NCBI GenBank assembly: GCA_050273025.1
Contig: CP158636.1
Span: forward strand, 10,478,001 to 10,542,000
Length of the DNA stretch: 64,000 nucleotides
Reading direction: 5' to 3'
DNA from: Cenococcum geophilum
Taxonomy: Eukaryota
Shown here: piece after piece, positions 39,677 through 52,514 of the stretch
Position numbering within the stretch: position 1 is the stretch's first letter
Layout of the letters: every line of letters begins with the position of its first letter
The notes under the pieces: model-generated
Database searches by the model: none
What the model saw: only the letters and a program-made list of their open reading frames with translations
Told to the model about the DNA's origin: nothing
Made by a program: the position numbers and the translations under genes

Positions 39677-42600
39677 ATAAGCTTTATCTAGCGGTAATAT
39701 AAAAAGTATAGAACTAAACTAAAAAGTATAGGCGGTTTAACCCGTTATAAATAATATTATCTAAGAAAATAGAAACGAAAGAAGGATAGATATAAGACCG
39801 TTAATATTAAAGAGATAAATAATAATACACCCTTACGCTATTAAATCTCAGAGGAGTATTAGATAGCCCATTATAGGGCTAAGCTAGAGTAAAATAATAA
39901 GTAGTCACTTATATAATATATAGACGACAATACACTATGCTATTAAACCTTAGAAGGGCATTAAATAACTAATTATAAGGCTAAATCGGAGTAAGATAAT
40001 AAGTAGCCACCCGTATAAGCTCTAGGCGATAATATTACTAATAAGCTAAATAATAGGGCTGCGGATATATACTATAATAATAATTTCGCAATATTTAATA
40101 GAGTATATAACCTAGTAATAGTTAAGACCAATTAGTAAACTTTAACTAGAATATCTACGGACGTCTTTTAAACTAAAATATTTAAAGAGGCTACTAGCTA
40201 TGCTATGGGAAAGCCTTTAAGACGGAACTAAGGAAATCTATAAACTGCGGACAATACTACGGTAGCATGCGATATTATACCGCGTATTAAACGTACTAGC
40301 AGTATACCAGATAAAACACTTCCCCCGTTTTATCTATTTAGTAGTAAGGTAAAATACATATAGGTCTTATAGTAGGTAAGCCACAGGACTTTTAACCGCG
40401 CTATTAACGAGTAGTTTAATAATATTAGGCTTTAGGGAATATTTACCAACCATTTTTCTTACTAGAGTGCTAAAGATATTAAAGTAAAACTACTTTTAAA
40501 ACGGATGTAATCCAAGAGTAAGCAACCACAGTAGATTAAAATAATTATAACTATAGGGGACTAGTAGCTACTAGTACGTCACCGAAATACTCTAAAGATT
40601 ATATTCCTCCTTATTAGTTATAGCCCTTTTTAAGGAGATATAACTTTCTTACTAATAAGGTAGTACTTATTAGTAGGAACAAGAATATATAATAAGCTTA
40701 ATACGGCAGACTAGTAGTAAAAGACGTAAGAGCAGCTACCGCTCGGTATAACTATAGTACTAATTATATTAGCTAATAACAAGACCTAACTAACATAATA
40801 CGCCGGCGGCAAGAAAGCATAGCCGCTCTATATTTTAATTAGAAATATTAAACTGCGCGTTTAATAATCCGTAAATTAACTAGCCCTATTACTACTTATA
40901 TACCTCCCGGTCTATATACCTAGTAACTAAATAATATAACTAGCGGTGCAATATAAGACCCTCGCGGCTATCCTTAAACGTATACTTTAGTAATAACCCT
41001 ACTACTTATATGGTTGCTAATAATGCCTATAACATTAGAGAAAGCTAGTAAAGAAGAAGTACGTCTCCTATACGCGGATGGCTAGGATTAATACTGCTTT
41101 CCACTTCTAGCTATATTTATAGCTAATTATAAAGAATAGGTTATATTTAAAGGTATTAAGAGTAGCCGCAAATATTCGATTTATTATATATATACAAATA
41201 AACGGTATAATCTAATAACTGCCATCTAGTGACCGTAGCCGTTCTATATATATTAATTAATAAAAGACTAAATATAAATATAGTAGGAAGGTTGCAATAC
41301 TAATAAAAAGGATAACTTAGATTATATTTGGCCGTTCTATAACTTTATATAGGGCTATAATCTATCTAATATCTACAAGATAATGGCGCCTAATTTCCTA
41401 CACTAGGTGCTTAAAGGCCTTACTAGTAAACACCTTATATACTAGATTAAGGGGCTTATACAAAGCGAAATATAGGCCAGAAAATATTAGGGCCTTAATA
41501 TCCCGCGCATAGATAATTACGGCTAGGAGATATTAAATATTAATACACTTATTACCACCTACTTTGCATAGGTGGAGCGATTTACTAATATAATAGTGTA
41601 GGATAGCTAGGTAAATATTAGCTAATAAATAGGAAAGATATATAAATCTCTATTATAACAATTGGTCCCTACTATAGCACCCTTACTAAAACAAATAAAG
41701 GCGCTATACTATTTATCCGGGCGTTTATAGACTTTACTATACTATCTTAATATATATTATATAACGAATTAACCATCTAGTACCTAGTAGTAGCTATTTA
41801 TAAAATAGATAAGATAAAGGATATATTCCTTCCATTTCGGCTAAGTAAGGTAGGATTACTATACTTTAATATTCCTAAGCTATATACTATTACCTACTAT
41901 CTAGAGAGTATCTAGCGATTAGGAGTAATTAGAGGCATAAATATAAAGTATTTAGAGTAAGTATATAAGCTATAGAAGGCATTTTACCGCAGGACTAATA
42001 AATGGAATAACTATAAAGAGCAGATGCTACAATATAATACTATATATCTTAACATAATACTTTAGAACAAACTTAAGCTATAAATATTAACTAATATAAT
42101 CGATATAGTAGACCTAATAAGCGTAATATAGATAATATAACTAGGTCCTATAGTTAATATATACACACATTACTTATATATATAAAACATCGACAACTAT
42201 ATAGCTTAGACACTTTAAGACTAGAAAATTAACATATCTATCTAGCGTATAGTTAAGGAGGTATAGCGCCGGATAGAGATTACTAACTTTATATCTAAAC
42301 TGGCCCCCTTTATAAGGGAATATTATAAGTAAATTAACGGAATCCGGTAAATAGACTAGGACGTTAACTAACTAGAGGCTAATAACGATTAGGTATTAAA
42401 GATACCCCTAAGTATCTATTACAGCGTTATATACTATATTTACTTTAAAAAGAACGCCACTAATACTAATAAGCTTAATAAGGTGTTTACTTAATATACC
42501 CTATTATAGTGTGGTGGGGTAAAATGGGCCACTACTTAGTGCCTTGGCATTTTCCTATATATATCGAGCCTTCGGCTTCTCTCCTTCTTATGATCACGAC

Positions 42601-45600
42601 TAACCGGGAATATATTCTTTCCTTTCTTCTTACTAACTGCTTTCCTACTAATTAATTACGACTAACTGACCGACTGACCGACTAACCAACTGACCGACCA
42701 ACCGACAGATAGATAGCACTGTGACTTTCTTATCTAAGAGTGGTTGTACCCTCCTATATATTTTATAGCATTCCATGTGGGGACGATGGCAAGCTCTTTG
42801 GATTAGAAGTCTGGCATTTTATACACAACTATATATATAGGAGGTACGTAGGAATATACTATAGCTATAGAAGAACAGCTAGCTGCAGAAGAACCGCTAG
42901 CTAGATAGACGAGATAGCAGAAGCAGAGAATTATAGTATCGGATAATAAGGGGAACTAGGCAGTCCTGGAAAAGACAGAATAGGACAGCTAGACTTAACG
43001 TATAGGCTAAAGAAAGGTAAAAAGGGGTGGTAAAGGTCTTGGAAAGTTATATAAAGGACATTAAGCAAACCAGCGAGCTAATTAGACGACGTTAACCGGC
43101 AGTCGGAGTTACCCGATATCTTACCACCTGCGCGCGCACGAGTATGGCCAGAGCTTTATTAAAGATATAGAGATAATAGGTAGCTAAGGGCTAACGAGAT
43201 CTAAGGTATCTGGCGGCGAAGGAAGTTAGCGCTGCCCTTTAGGAATAGAAGAGAGAATACTAAGTAAGGTTGTAAGTATACGAGATCAGATCTGCCCTTG
43301 AAAGCTTCCTATTCTGGCTTAGCTTTATCTTCTTTTAAGTTATCTAGATTGTATCTGCGGCAGCTCTAAAGGCGTTCTATAAAGAAGTAGATGTAGGCGG
43401 AAGCGTAAGGCTTAGTAGTACCCTACTGCGCGGAGTAACGGCAGGCTAAAATAGACGGACGTATCAAGACCTGGTAGTAGTAGAAGATGGCGATTCTATG
43501 CTCTCCCAGGAAGACCGACCTCTAGGCGTTAAGAAGCAGCTAGAAGGAACCGAAGCCTATACTTCTTTTGCTGAGTATAAACTAACACTAGGACAGCCAT
43601 CTAGGATACTATTACCTTAGGCGGCAATGTAAGTAGACCTACTATAGTATTTACCCGCGACACCTAGGACTAACCCTCTGTAGACGAAGGATAAGAACCG
43701 CGAGGACCGCCTACAAGCTCCTGAGGAAGCGCTAGATGCACGTAACTAGCGGTTGATGACTTAAGATAAGGTCTATGTTATGGTCCAGCCTATGCCAGCC
43801 CCAGGAACTGTTGGAACTCTGTACTTTATAGGGCAGGACATATTACAGTTTATTGAGCAGTACGAACGGCTATACGTCCGATACTATATAATGAGTAAGG
43901 AGAAGTACTAGGGCCTTCTGGAGTACTGCGATTACTAGATAGGGATGTAGATCCGAAGCTTGCCTAAATTTATAGCTGGTAACTGGACGGAGCTTATAAG
44001 AAAGCTTAGGGCAGAATACTGAGGAAGTAACTAATTTTGATAAATGGAAACGGTAGAATTCTTAGAAGCCTATGTATAGTAATATAGGGACAATCCGCCA
44101 AATAGTATACGCGAGTACTGTAGATAGTTTGTATTAATCTCTTAAAAGGCTACTGAAGCTGGCAATTTGGATAACGGTTAGCGAGGATACTGGTTTATAA
44201 AAGGACTTCCGCTTAAATATTAAAGATATACTATAGCTAAAACGGGAGCTAACCTAGATAGACGAAAGTCCTTTAACTTCTATTAGCTGCAAAAAGCCGT
44301 AAAGAATAGACTTAGTTTATATAAGGGCGCAGATTATCTATTAAAAATGGACCCTGAGGAGCAGAGCCTTCGTTAGCTGGTTAAACAATTCCGCAATTAG
44401 CAGCCGGTTTAAAGGGATAAGGTTAACCGTAATAGAGAAGGAAGACTTCTTAACCTAGTTAGACTAGGTGTATACGGAGGAGCCCTAATGTAGCAGCAGT
44501 CGCCTACTACGAATTAAGCTATAGTTTAAAGCCTAGTATAAGGATATGGCCTGGCACCAGGATATAAAGACTGGCAGAATAGCACCTAACCTCCGTAAGA
44601 CTCTCAATATCCGTAGGACTTCCGATATCCGTAAGGTTCTACTACCTTTAGACTACTGTAATGGGACGTATGGGGTACGCGAGGATAAGGCTGACGGACC
44701 TGTTTTAGATATAGAGGGAGTTACCGTTTCATTAAGCACGAATGTTAAGGCTTAAAGGATCTTATTTAGCAAGGACTTGTATATCTGTCTGATTGAGGAA
44801 GACTGGTAGCCGGGATATACAATTGACCTAGACCTAAACTCCCGTGGCTCGGCAATAAAGGATAATTAAAAGGTATTAAGAACTGGCTCCGTATGTATTA
44901 AGGAGCAGACCTAGATAGACCAAAGAAAGAATAGATGTAGTAGCGGGCCTTCTATAATAGAGCAGCGCTAAAGATTAGTGATGAGAAAAGTATAAACTGG
45001 GGGGACTATTATTAGAATCGCCTAACCCTTAAAGATAGCCGTGCAACTAGGACAGCTGTGAAGCCGTAGGAGAATAATGTAAGACTAGGAGATTATATTA
45101 AGATTAGGTTATGGCCTATGGATAAGGCAGCTGAAGCTAGGGAAGACTATTATTAAGTAGTACCTATGGACGGATCGTCTGACCCTTAGCCGCGACCTTA
45201 GAGACGACTGTATAACTAGGCTCCGCAGTAAGCTCTAAAGTAGGCTCCGCCGTAGGTGTAGGATGTTTGATTAGGGGACAGTTAAGTTCTAAGGTGGGGG
45301 AGGGGACGTAGGTGACGACCGTATAAAAGATTTCTATTTTGTCTGCTTAGTTATAGTATTTCCTAAAGCTCCTTTTCTTATTTATTTTCTTAATTACAAC
45401 GCGTTAAGACGCGTTAGTCGTGATAACCTGCTGTAAAGATGTCAGCTCAGCTTACCGCCTATCGCTAAGCTAATAGCGATTTTCTATGCCCGGTACGGAA
45501 AATCCTAATTAGTCCATTCATCAGTAGAACCGGTAGAACTCTACACCGCCCCTGGAATTTGATAATGCACTAGCTACACGACGAGAACAGCACTAAGAGC

Positions 45601-48600
45601 CTTAATTGATTGTATAGATATAGAGCCGATTGTATAATGCAGAGCCAGACGCAGAGCTGTATATAGAGCATTGATTAAACGACTGTATAGAAGCCACGAT
45701 TAGCCGTATATAGATGCAGACTTATAGCTAGCCAAAGAACCGAATTAAGCCAGAGCCTTAATATTAGCACGTCGCCGTCACTGAATCGAATTAGTCGAAT
45801 GTTGTTAAATTAGAGCCTTCGACCGGGCCGACTTTGTTCCTTATTTAAATGACAGCTAATCATAGCTCTGCTACTGCTACCCGAATTTAGTACTGCGCCA
45901 GCTGTAAGATAAGGATAGATACCGCAGCAAGGAAGGGACCTATATAAGAATAGTAGCATAATATTAGAAACAAGTACCGCGGAACCGTAAAGCAGTATAC
46001 GAAAAGGCACTAATAAAGATGCTCTGTGAGAGATTGTATACAGGGCATAGCTGACCACATTAAGCCTAAGCTATTATGCGACTGAAGACAGGATAAAGCT
46101 ATATCTAACTAAGCTAGTAAAGGACCTTGTTGAGGATTATAAGGGAAATAGGAATTGGACGTATAGGAGCTAGCGCTTTTCCTTAGAGGTCGTCTTAATA
46201 AAGGACTATATTGTGGACATAAGGGCAAGAGATATGCGATAGAGGTAGTTATAGCAACTAAGAAGCTGCCACTAGATGGACTTAGATAAAGCGTGGAGTT
46301 AGTAGGATAATAATAAAGAGACTAGAAGTAGAAGATAATCCTAAGAAGGTTCTTAAGCCGGAGGAAGATTAAGGATACGCGAGCGTACTGCTAGCAGTAG
46401 GAATAAAGAAGCAGCCGTAAAAGCCTAAGGATGCACTAAAGAAGCTAAGAGTAAGGACAGTTTAGAAAAGGAAGAAAGTAGCTATTAAGGACGTCCTATA
46501 AAAGCGCCAGGCCTATTATAGTAGTTTAGAGGAAGCTACCGTTAGTGCTTGTAAAGGAGGAAGTCTTAAGATAGGTCTCTAGATTGGATGTCTAGAGGAT
46601 GCTAAGAGCCTTAATTATATGATGTGGAGCCTTAATCAATTGCATAGATGCAGAGCTTTAACTGAACGACTGCATAGCCAGAGTCTTAATCGGTTGTTTG
46701 TAGATGTAAAGCCTACGGATGCAGAGCCTAGGTTATATGTGTAGTAGAAGACACCTTAAGTTAAGCTAGAGCTTTAGTCAAATCCTGATTAGCCGAACGC
46801 CGCCTGTATAATCGATTGTACGTTATTACAGTCAAATTGAATTAGTTACTGTCGCCGTTAGACGTCTTGGATCGGCAGTCAAAGATGCATTACCGCAGGC
46901 ACGTAGGCACGTAGGCATGCGGACACTAGGCCTAATTAGGAAACTAGTATACGGCCGGAAGAACGTTAGAAGCATAGCTAATTAACGTCTTAGAGCCTTT
47001 GCGAGAGCTTCTTCCCTTAGCTGTCCCCCCCCTTATCAATTAATTGCTGCACGTCTTAACGCCTACGGATTGGTTAACTAGAACGATCTTTCCTGTAGAT
47101 ATAGATACGGAGCTTTACACAAAGTCTTATATGGACCCTACGGATATGGAGTATATAGGTGCAGAGCCCTAATTGGATAATAGTACGGCAGCTTAACTGG
47201 ACGCCTATAGATGCGAAGCCTTGATTAAACGGTAGATGCGGAACCTTAACCGATCGGACGTCTATACGGAAGCTTTGATTAACTGTCTATAAATGTAAAG
47301 CCCTAGTCGTATATGCAGTAGAAGATATTTTGAGTTAAGCTAGGGCCTTATTAAGTCTGGATCAGCTGAACGCCGTCTCCATATTTAAATTAGGATAATT
47401 AGGGCCTTCGACCGGGCCGACTTTCTACCTTAATTGAACCACCGACCGATTAGTTGTAGCACGTCGTCGCCAACTAATTAGGTAGTCTTCGTCTAGCTAT
47501 TAAAGTAGGCATAAAGGTACGCACGCAGACACGTACGTAGAGACTAGGCCTGTATAGGAAATTAGTATATAGTTAGTAGATTATCGGAAGCATTGCTAGT
47601 TAACGTTCTAGAACTATGGGTGCGAATATGGACGCAGAGTATATAATGTAGAGCTACTGATGCATAGCCTGATGCGCAGCCTAATATATAGCTAGATGCA
47701 GAATAATGCGGATATAAAGCCTAATAATGTAGGACCTGATGCAAAGCCACTGATAGAGCCTTAATTGAGAGCTGTATACGATATAGACCGATGCAGAGCT
47801 AGATGTAGAGTCCTAATATTAAACGACTAGCCGAACCACCCAGTCGGGCCGTAGTCTCTGCCAGTTTAATCGACTGGCCTACCGTCGCCGCTGCTGCTAC
47901 CACTATTCCGTCCAGCTATTTTGTCCTTACTGTCTTAACTAACTGCTGTCTCTACCGTCCTAGATCTATACCGCTGCTAGGTCTATTTACTGCCGGATTT
48001 GCTAGGTCTGTTATACCGTTTTATACTACTATTCTAACCGATCCGTTCTACTGCTGCTAACCAGCTGTTCTACCGCTGCTACTACTGCTATTGCTATGCC
48101 GACTGTTCCGTCTCTACTGTTCTATCTTACTGCGCTAGATCTATACCGCTGCTAGATCTGCCGGATCTGCTATATTGTCTAACTGTTCCGACCGACCTGT
48201 TCTAGGCCTAATGCTGTTTTGGCTATTCTACTGTGGCTCTCCTAACCGCCAAACCCTACCGTTTTAATCGCCCCGCCGCCGCCTGACTAGCTGCCTCTGA
48301 CCAACTGCTACCGACCGTTTTGTTATTAACCGTTCTGTCACTGCTGCTACTACTACTGCTACTACTGTATCAACCGACTGCTACTAACTGACTGCCATTA
48401 ACCGTCTACCGCTACTAAGATTTCTGCTACCAAAAGTTCTGCTGCCGGATGTCCTACTGCTTACTAACTGTTAGCGAGTTCTTCTGCCGACTGTTCTACC
48501 GCCAACTATTCTATTTTATTTTACCGCGCTGACTGTCTACTTTTATTATTATTGCTACTACCATTACCGCTACCGTTACTGCCGTTACTGCTACCGTTAT

Positions 48601-49550
48601 TATTTCTAGTTTACTACTATCCTAGTTGCTGGATTAGATCTTAGCTATAGGTAACAGAAGGACGCCATAGAACAGTTCTATAGGAGGGCTGAGGACGAGG
48701 TTATCTGCGTTCTCTTAGGGATGCGCTTTCCTTTTTCTATTCTGCTTTTGCTATTCTTTTGTTTGGCTATTCTTCTATAGTATAGAATGTTAGGGGACAA
48801 CGTTCTTAGTAGGGGAGGTATATGGTGGGGTAAAATGGGCCACTACTTAGTGCCTTGGCATTTTCCTGTATATATTGAGCCTTCGGCTTCTCTCCTTCTC
48901 ACGATCACGACCAACCGGGAATACATTCTTTCCTTTCTTCTTACTGACTGCTTTCCTACTGATTGATTACGACTGACTGACCAACTAACCGACCGACCAA
49001 CCGACCGACCGACCGACAGATAGACAGCACTGTGACTTTCCTATCTGAGAGTGGTCGTACCCTCCCACAATAGGCTAATACTAAAGCCCCCTACTATAAT
49101 ACTATAATAGTGTAAGAATATAAGTAGGTAAATAACAGCCTCTATAGTAATAAAGTAGGAAGGCTTTATCTGTTACTTACAATCCAGGATATTAAGTAAT
49201 TAGATAGTAAGGGTAAATACCTAAAATACGCTAGTACGTTAGTAAAGACCCTTTAAGTTTATAATAGTAGTAAGATTAATATAAAAACTAGAATACTTAG
49301 AGTATAAAGTATAAAGCTATCTAATAGTAGGATAAAACGCACGCTAAATACCCTCTAGATATACGATATTAACTATATCGCAAGGCCTATTTTACTTATA
49401 CTAACGGATATTAACGTTATAGACTATTTCTTTATAAACAACTATAGCGATTAGGATATATATAATACTATATATAATAAAGACTTTAAGTAAATAAATA
49501 GGGTATAGGTTAATATATATATAAGGAAACAGGCTCGCACTAGGCAGTAA
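39677..49550 (+). pseudogene. Plavaka transposase, split by the LTR element at 42510-49069
   Basis: N-terminal C2H2-like CKKCG..LKS.GGLTRH..HC (~39698-39760). PLLAIFIANYKE*V..GIKS.RKYSIY gives ADYxEQ...CxxC (41101-41185), and APNFLH*VLKGL gives PDxLHQ (~41387-41422). C-terminal R.DTV.V...VGRL.L and F.VNNY.D lie at 49090-49480. Confidence 0.88.
42510..49069 (+). mobile_element. LTR retrotransposon with gag but no recognisable pol (non-autonomous)
   Basis: 249-bp LTRs at 42510-42758 and 48821-49069, 4-bp TSD ATAG, PPT AGGGGAGGTA. gag reads MPAPGTVGT.YF.GQD...FIEQYERL from ~43793, with a knuckle-like CF.C.G.H at ~44700. 45300-48800 is repetitive and I found no RT/RH/IN motifs there. Confidence 0.85.
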
Positions 49551-50249
49551 ATAAATATAACTTAGCTAAAATAGCGGTAAGTTATAACTAGCGGCGCCAG
49601 ATTATAATAAAAAGGTAAATTACCGCGACTATAATAAACTAGAACATAATACCACTATATATTACCCTCTACGCGCTAGCTACCCTTTATATCCTATATA
49701 CCATACCCTCTACCTTAAAAGTAGGTAAATATCGCAAGGAACTAGGCTTCTATACGGTATAGAAAAAATATTATATAAAGTAGGACCCTACGCTATAGTA
49801 AGGTAATTTAATTACCCTATTATAAAGCTTAATAAACAGTTAGGCTACCCTCCCAACTTATTATTATAAGTTAGTTAAGGCTCTTTTCTATCTATACTTG
49901 GCAAGAAAAACCTAATTTATACCATAAAAGTTAAACAGGTTATCGTTTAAAGTATATTAAGTATAAGACTTTAAACCATCTAGCGTTTTTTAGGAAAGTA
50001 AGGTATATATAAAATCTAAACAGTTCTACTAGACTAATATACTTATCCTTTACCTATCCCATAGAAAAGTAAACAAAGACGCTATAAGTTAAGTAGTAGC
50101 TCCTAAGATAATCTAGATCTTAAAGGGGATAATATTAAGCTCTATACCGTAATTATCTCTATTAAAAGGTAAGGCTATTATTAATATTATTATATACTAT
50201 AGTATAACTTATTATTGTTAATTTCGATAATGTTATCCTAATAAATAGT

Positions 50250-51900
50250 CCCGTTCTTATTAGATAAAAGCCTATAAACCCTAAGCAACCCTAAGATATC
50301 TAACACCCACACTTAAAAGAAACGCATATATTACTTAGATAAATAACCGCTATAGGATAACTTCGGACAACGTATAAAGCAGCTACTTAGCCTAGTTAAT
50401 ATAAAGATATATAATATCGCTTAGATACGTCTTATCGTATAAGTAATAATAGGCTCTATACCTAAAGAGCTCTATCTCTTTCCTTAGCCGGAAATAAATA
50501 TAAGCGGTCTAAATATACTAATAAAGCAGATATAGAAAGAGGTAATTACTATTATAGACTGTTATAAAGGCCTAATAAATAAAGCATTAAATATACTACT
50601 AGGGCTAACAGCATACAAAGTTCGCAGTCCTTAGATTTAGTAGCACTATATTAACTAATTTTCTAGCTATATAACTAGCTTAGTATATTTTAGTATATTA
50701 TAATAAAAATAGTACGCAATACTATTATTAGGAGCTATAACTACCTTAAATAAGATACTAAGACTATAGTAAAGGAAGTAAAGGAACTACTTAAGGATAA
50801 CCGCTTTACGCTTAGTGGCCTAGTTAATACTCTATCTTTTACTATACCTAACTAACCAAGGCTAGGATAGAGAGATAAGATTTAGGGCGCCGATTATCGC
50901 ACGCTATATTAAGCGCGTATTCTTTAATACTAGGCTAAGGTTACTTACCCTTAATAAAAATAGTACTAACCTTTTCTTACCTATTATAGCTAATACAATA
51001 TAGCTTATATACGTAGCAATTTAATATGCGCTTAAGGACTATAGAAGTAGAATATAAGTTATTTATAAGTTTAAAGCCAACGCTATAGTTACAGGTAAAA
51101 CCATAAAAAGTCTCTTACTATACTTACTAAAGTGTATTATAGATAGTTGGGAGCGACTATAGAATACTTAAAAGAGCTACTAACCTAAATATAATAAAAG
51201 GCTATGCAGGCTACTTCTATAATAAGTTAATAAGATATAGAACGTAACTAGAGACAAGATACTATAGACTTAGTAGGTAATTAACAATCCTTTTAAGGAT
51301 ACTATAAAAGATCTAAAAGAACTAGATCCTAAGTATAATAACGGGTTTACTTAATAACCGCATACTATAAGTATAAACACAATATTATATTAATCGCATC
51401 GCAACGTTATATCGTGATACTCGCTATATACTATAATACTTTACCGCCGTTTCCTATGTTATAATATCCCACCATTTTAATTATTATATATAGGCTAATA
51501 AAGATAATATAATAGGACAACGGTAGCCTAGCGCATTTATCGCTAAGAATAAGCCCCAAAACCACATATAAGGTCTCCTTTTTATAGTATACTAATAAGA
51601 CGATTTTAATACTATATTACTATAACATTAACATTAACGCTATCTAAGCGCGCCTTAAATAAATTTAAGGTAATAATAAACAAGAAACAGGAATTAATTA
51701 CCGTATCTTACGGTATACTTTTGCCGGTAAGTCTAAGGTTATAAATATTACGGATAGTGCTATACTAGAGGATATAAAGGCCCGTTTACGGAATGGAAAT
51801 AGACTAATAATACTAGAATTTGCTAACAAAGAGGATAAGAGTAGAGAAGGTAGCAAAATTAATAGGGAAAATAATAGCGAGAATAAAGATAATTAGGGGT
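50250..51900 (+). pseudogene. DUF6532-like, intron-containing second gene of the Plavaka element
   Basis: 50770-51090 reads VKELLKDNRF...FRAPIIAR.I.RVFF...LF.PI.A.TI.L..VAI..AL.DY.S......F.A, matching the pattern I recall for DUF6532. An acidic tail lies at ~51820-51896. Boundaries are uncertain. Confidence 0.6.
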
Positions 51901-52029
51901 TTAGTAGTACGGTAGTACTATTACGGCAGAACTAATATAAATATTAAACTTAAAATAGCAGGTTAACTAAAGGGCGTTATTAGGCGTATTAAGGTTATAT
52001 TATACTACTATTAGGTTAAAATATATTCT

Positions 52030-52190
52030 TTATATAGTATATACCAGGCGCGTAGAATAAGTAGAGAATACTAACTATATAAAATAAGTAAAGGGTACTA
52101 ACCGCATAGACTAAGTAAAGTATACCAATTATATAGAATAGGTAAATACTACTAACCGTACAGACTAAGCAAATACTATTAAGTGCGTGG
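52030..52190. repeat. Degenerate 27-bp tandem repeat near the right end
   Basis: TACTAACYRYATAGAMTAAGTAAA-type units. These explain the 9-aa periodicity of the spurious ORF 52016-52237. Confidence 0.6.
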
Positions 52191-52488
52191 GATAAGCACT
52201 TAATAATAACCGCGCGGGAAGAGCAACGCTTATCCATTACTTAAAGTAAGTAAGATATACAAAATACGCAAAAAGGACATTATACGTTAATTGCGCATTA
52301 AGTATAAAAAAAGCTTAATAGAATAAAGGCACTACTTACCTAGGTGGCTGCAAATACGCAATTAGCTATACCGTGTTATTAGTTTCTATTAAATGCGGCA
52401 GTGTGCCGCTCCTTAGTCGATACCATACGCTACACGTTGCAATGCGCGAAATGCGCATTTGGCCGCCAAATGCCGCCAAATGCTGCAA

Positions 52489-52514
52489 AAATGCTAGTAA
52501 ATTTTTTCCTGACG
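52489..52514 (-). repeat. Right TIR
   Basis: AAATGCTAGTAAATTTTTTCCTGACG, preceded by repeated AAATGC motifs (52440-52495). Confidence 0.95.

Larger units (their letters stand above)
14083..52514 (+). mobile_element. Giant Plavaka (CACTA/EnSpm-related) DNA transposon with helicase cargo; 38.4 kb, ~19.4 kb without nested insertions
   Basis: 26-bp TIRs with one RIP-type mismatch, GCATTT/AAATGC subterminal repeats at both ends and an internal Plavaka transposase. The flanks rejoin into one gag reading frame. Confidence 0.9.

Noticed and set aside
14083..52514. Starship-type element
   Set aside because: No tyrosine-recombinase captain was recognised at either end. Symmetric TIRs, subterminal repeats and a Plavaka transposase point to a CACTA-like element.
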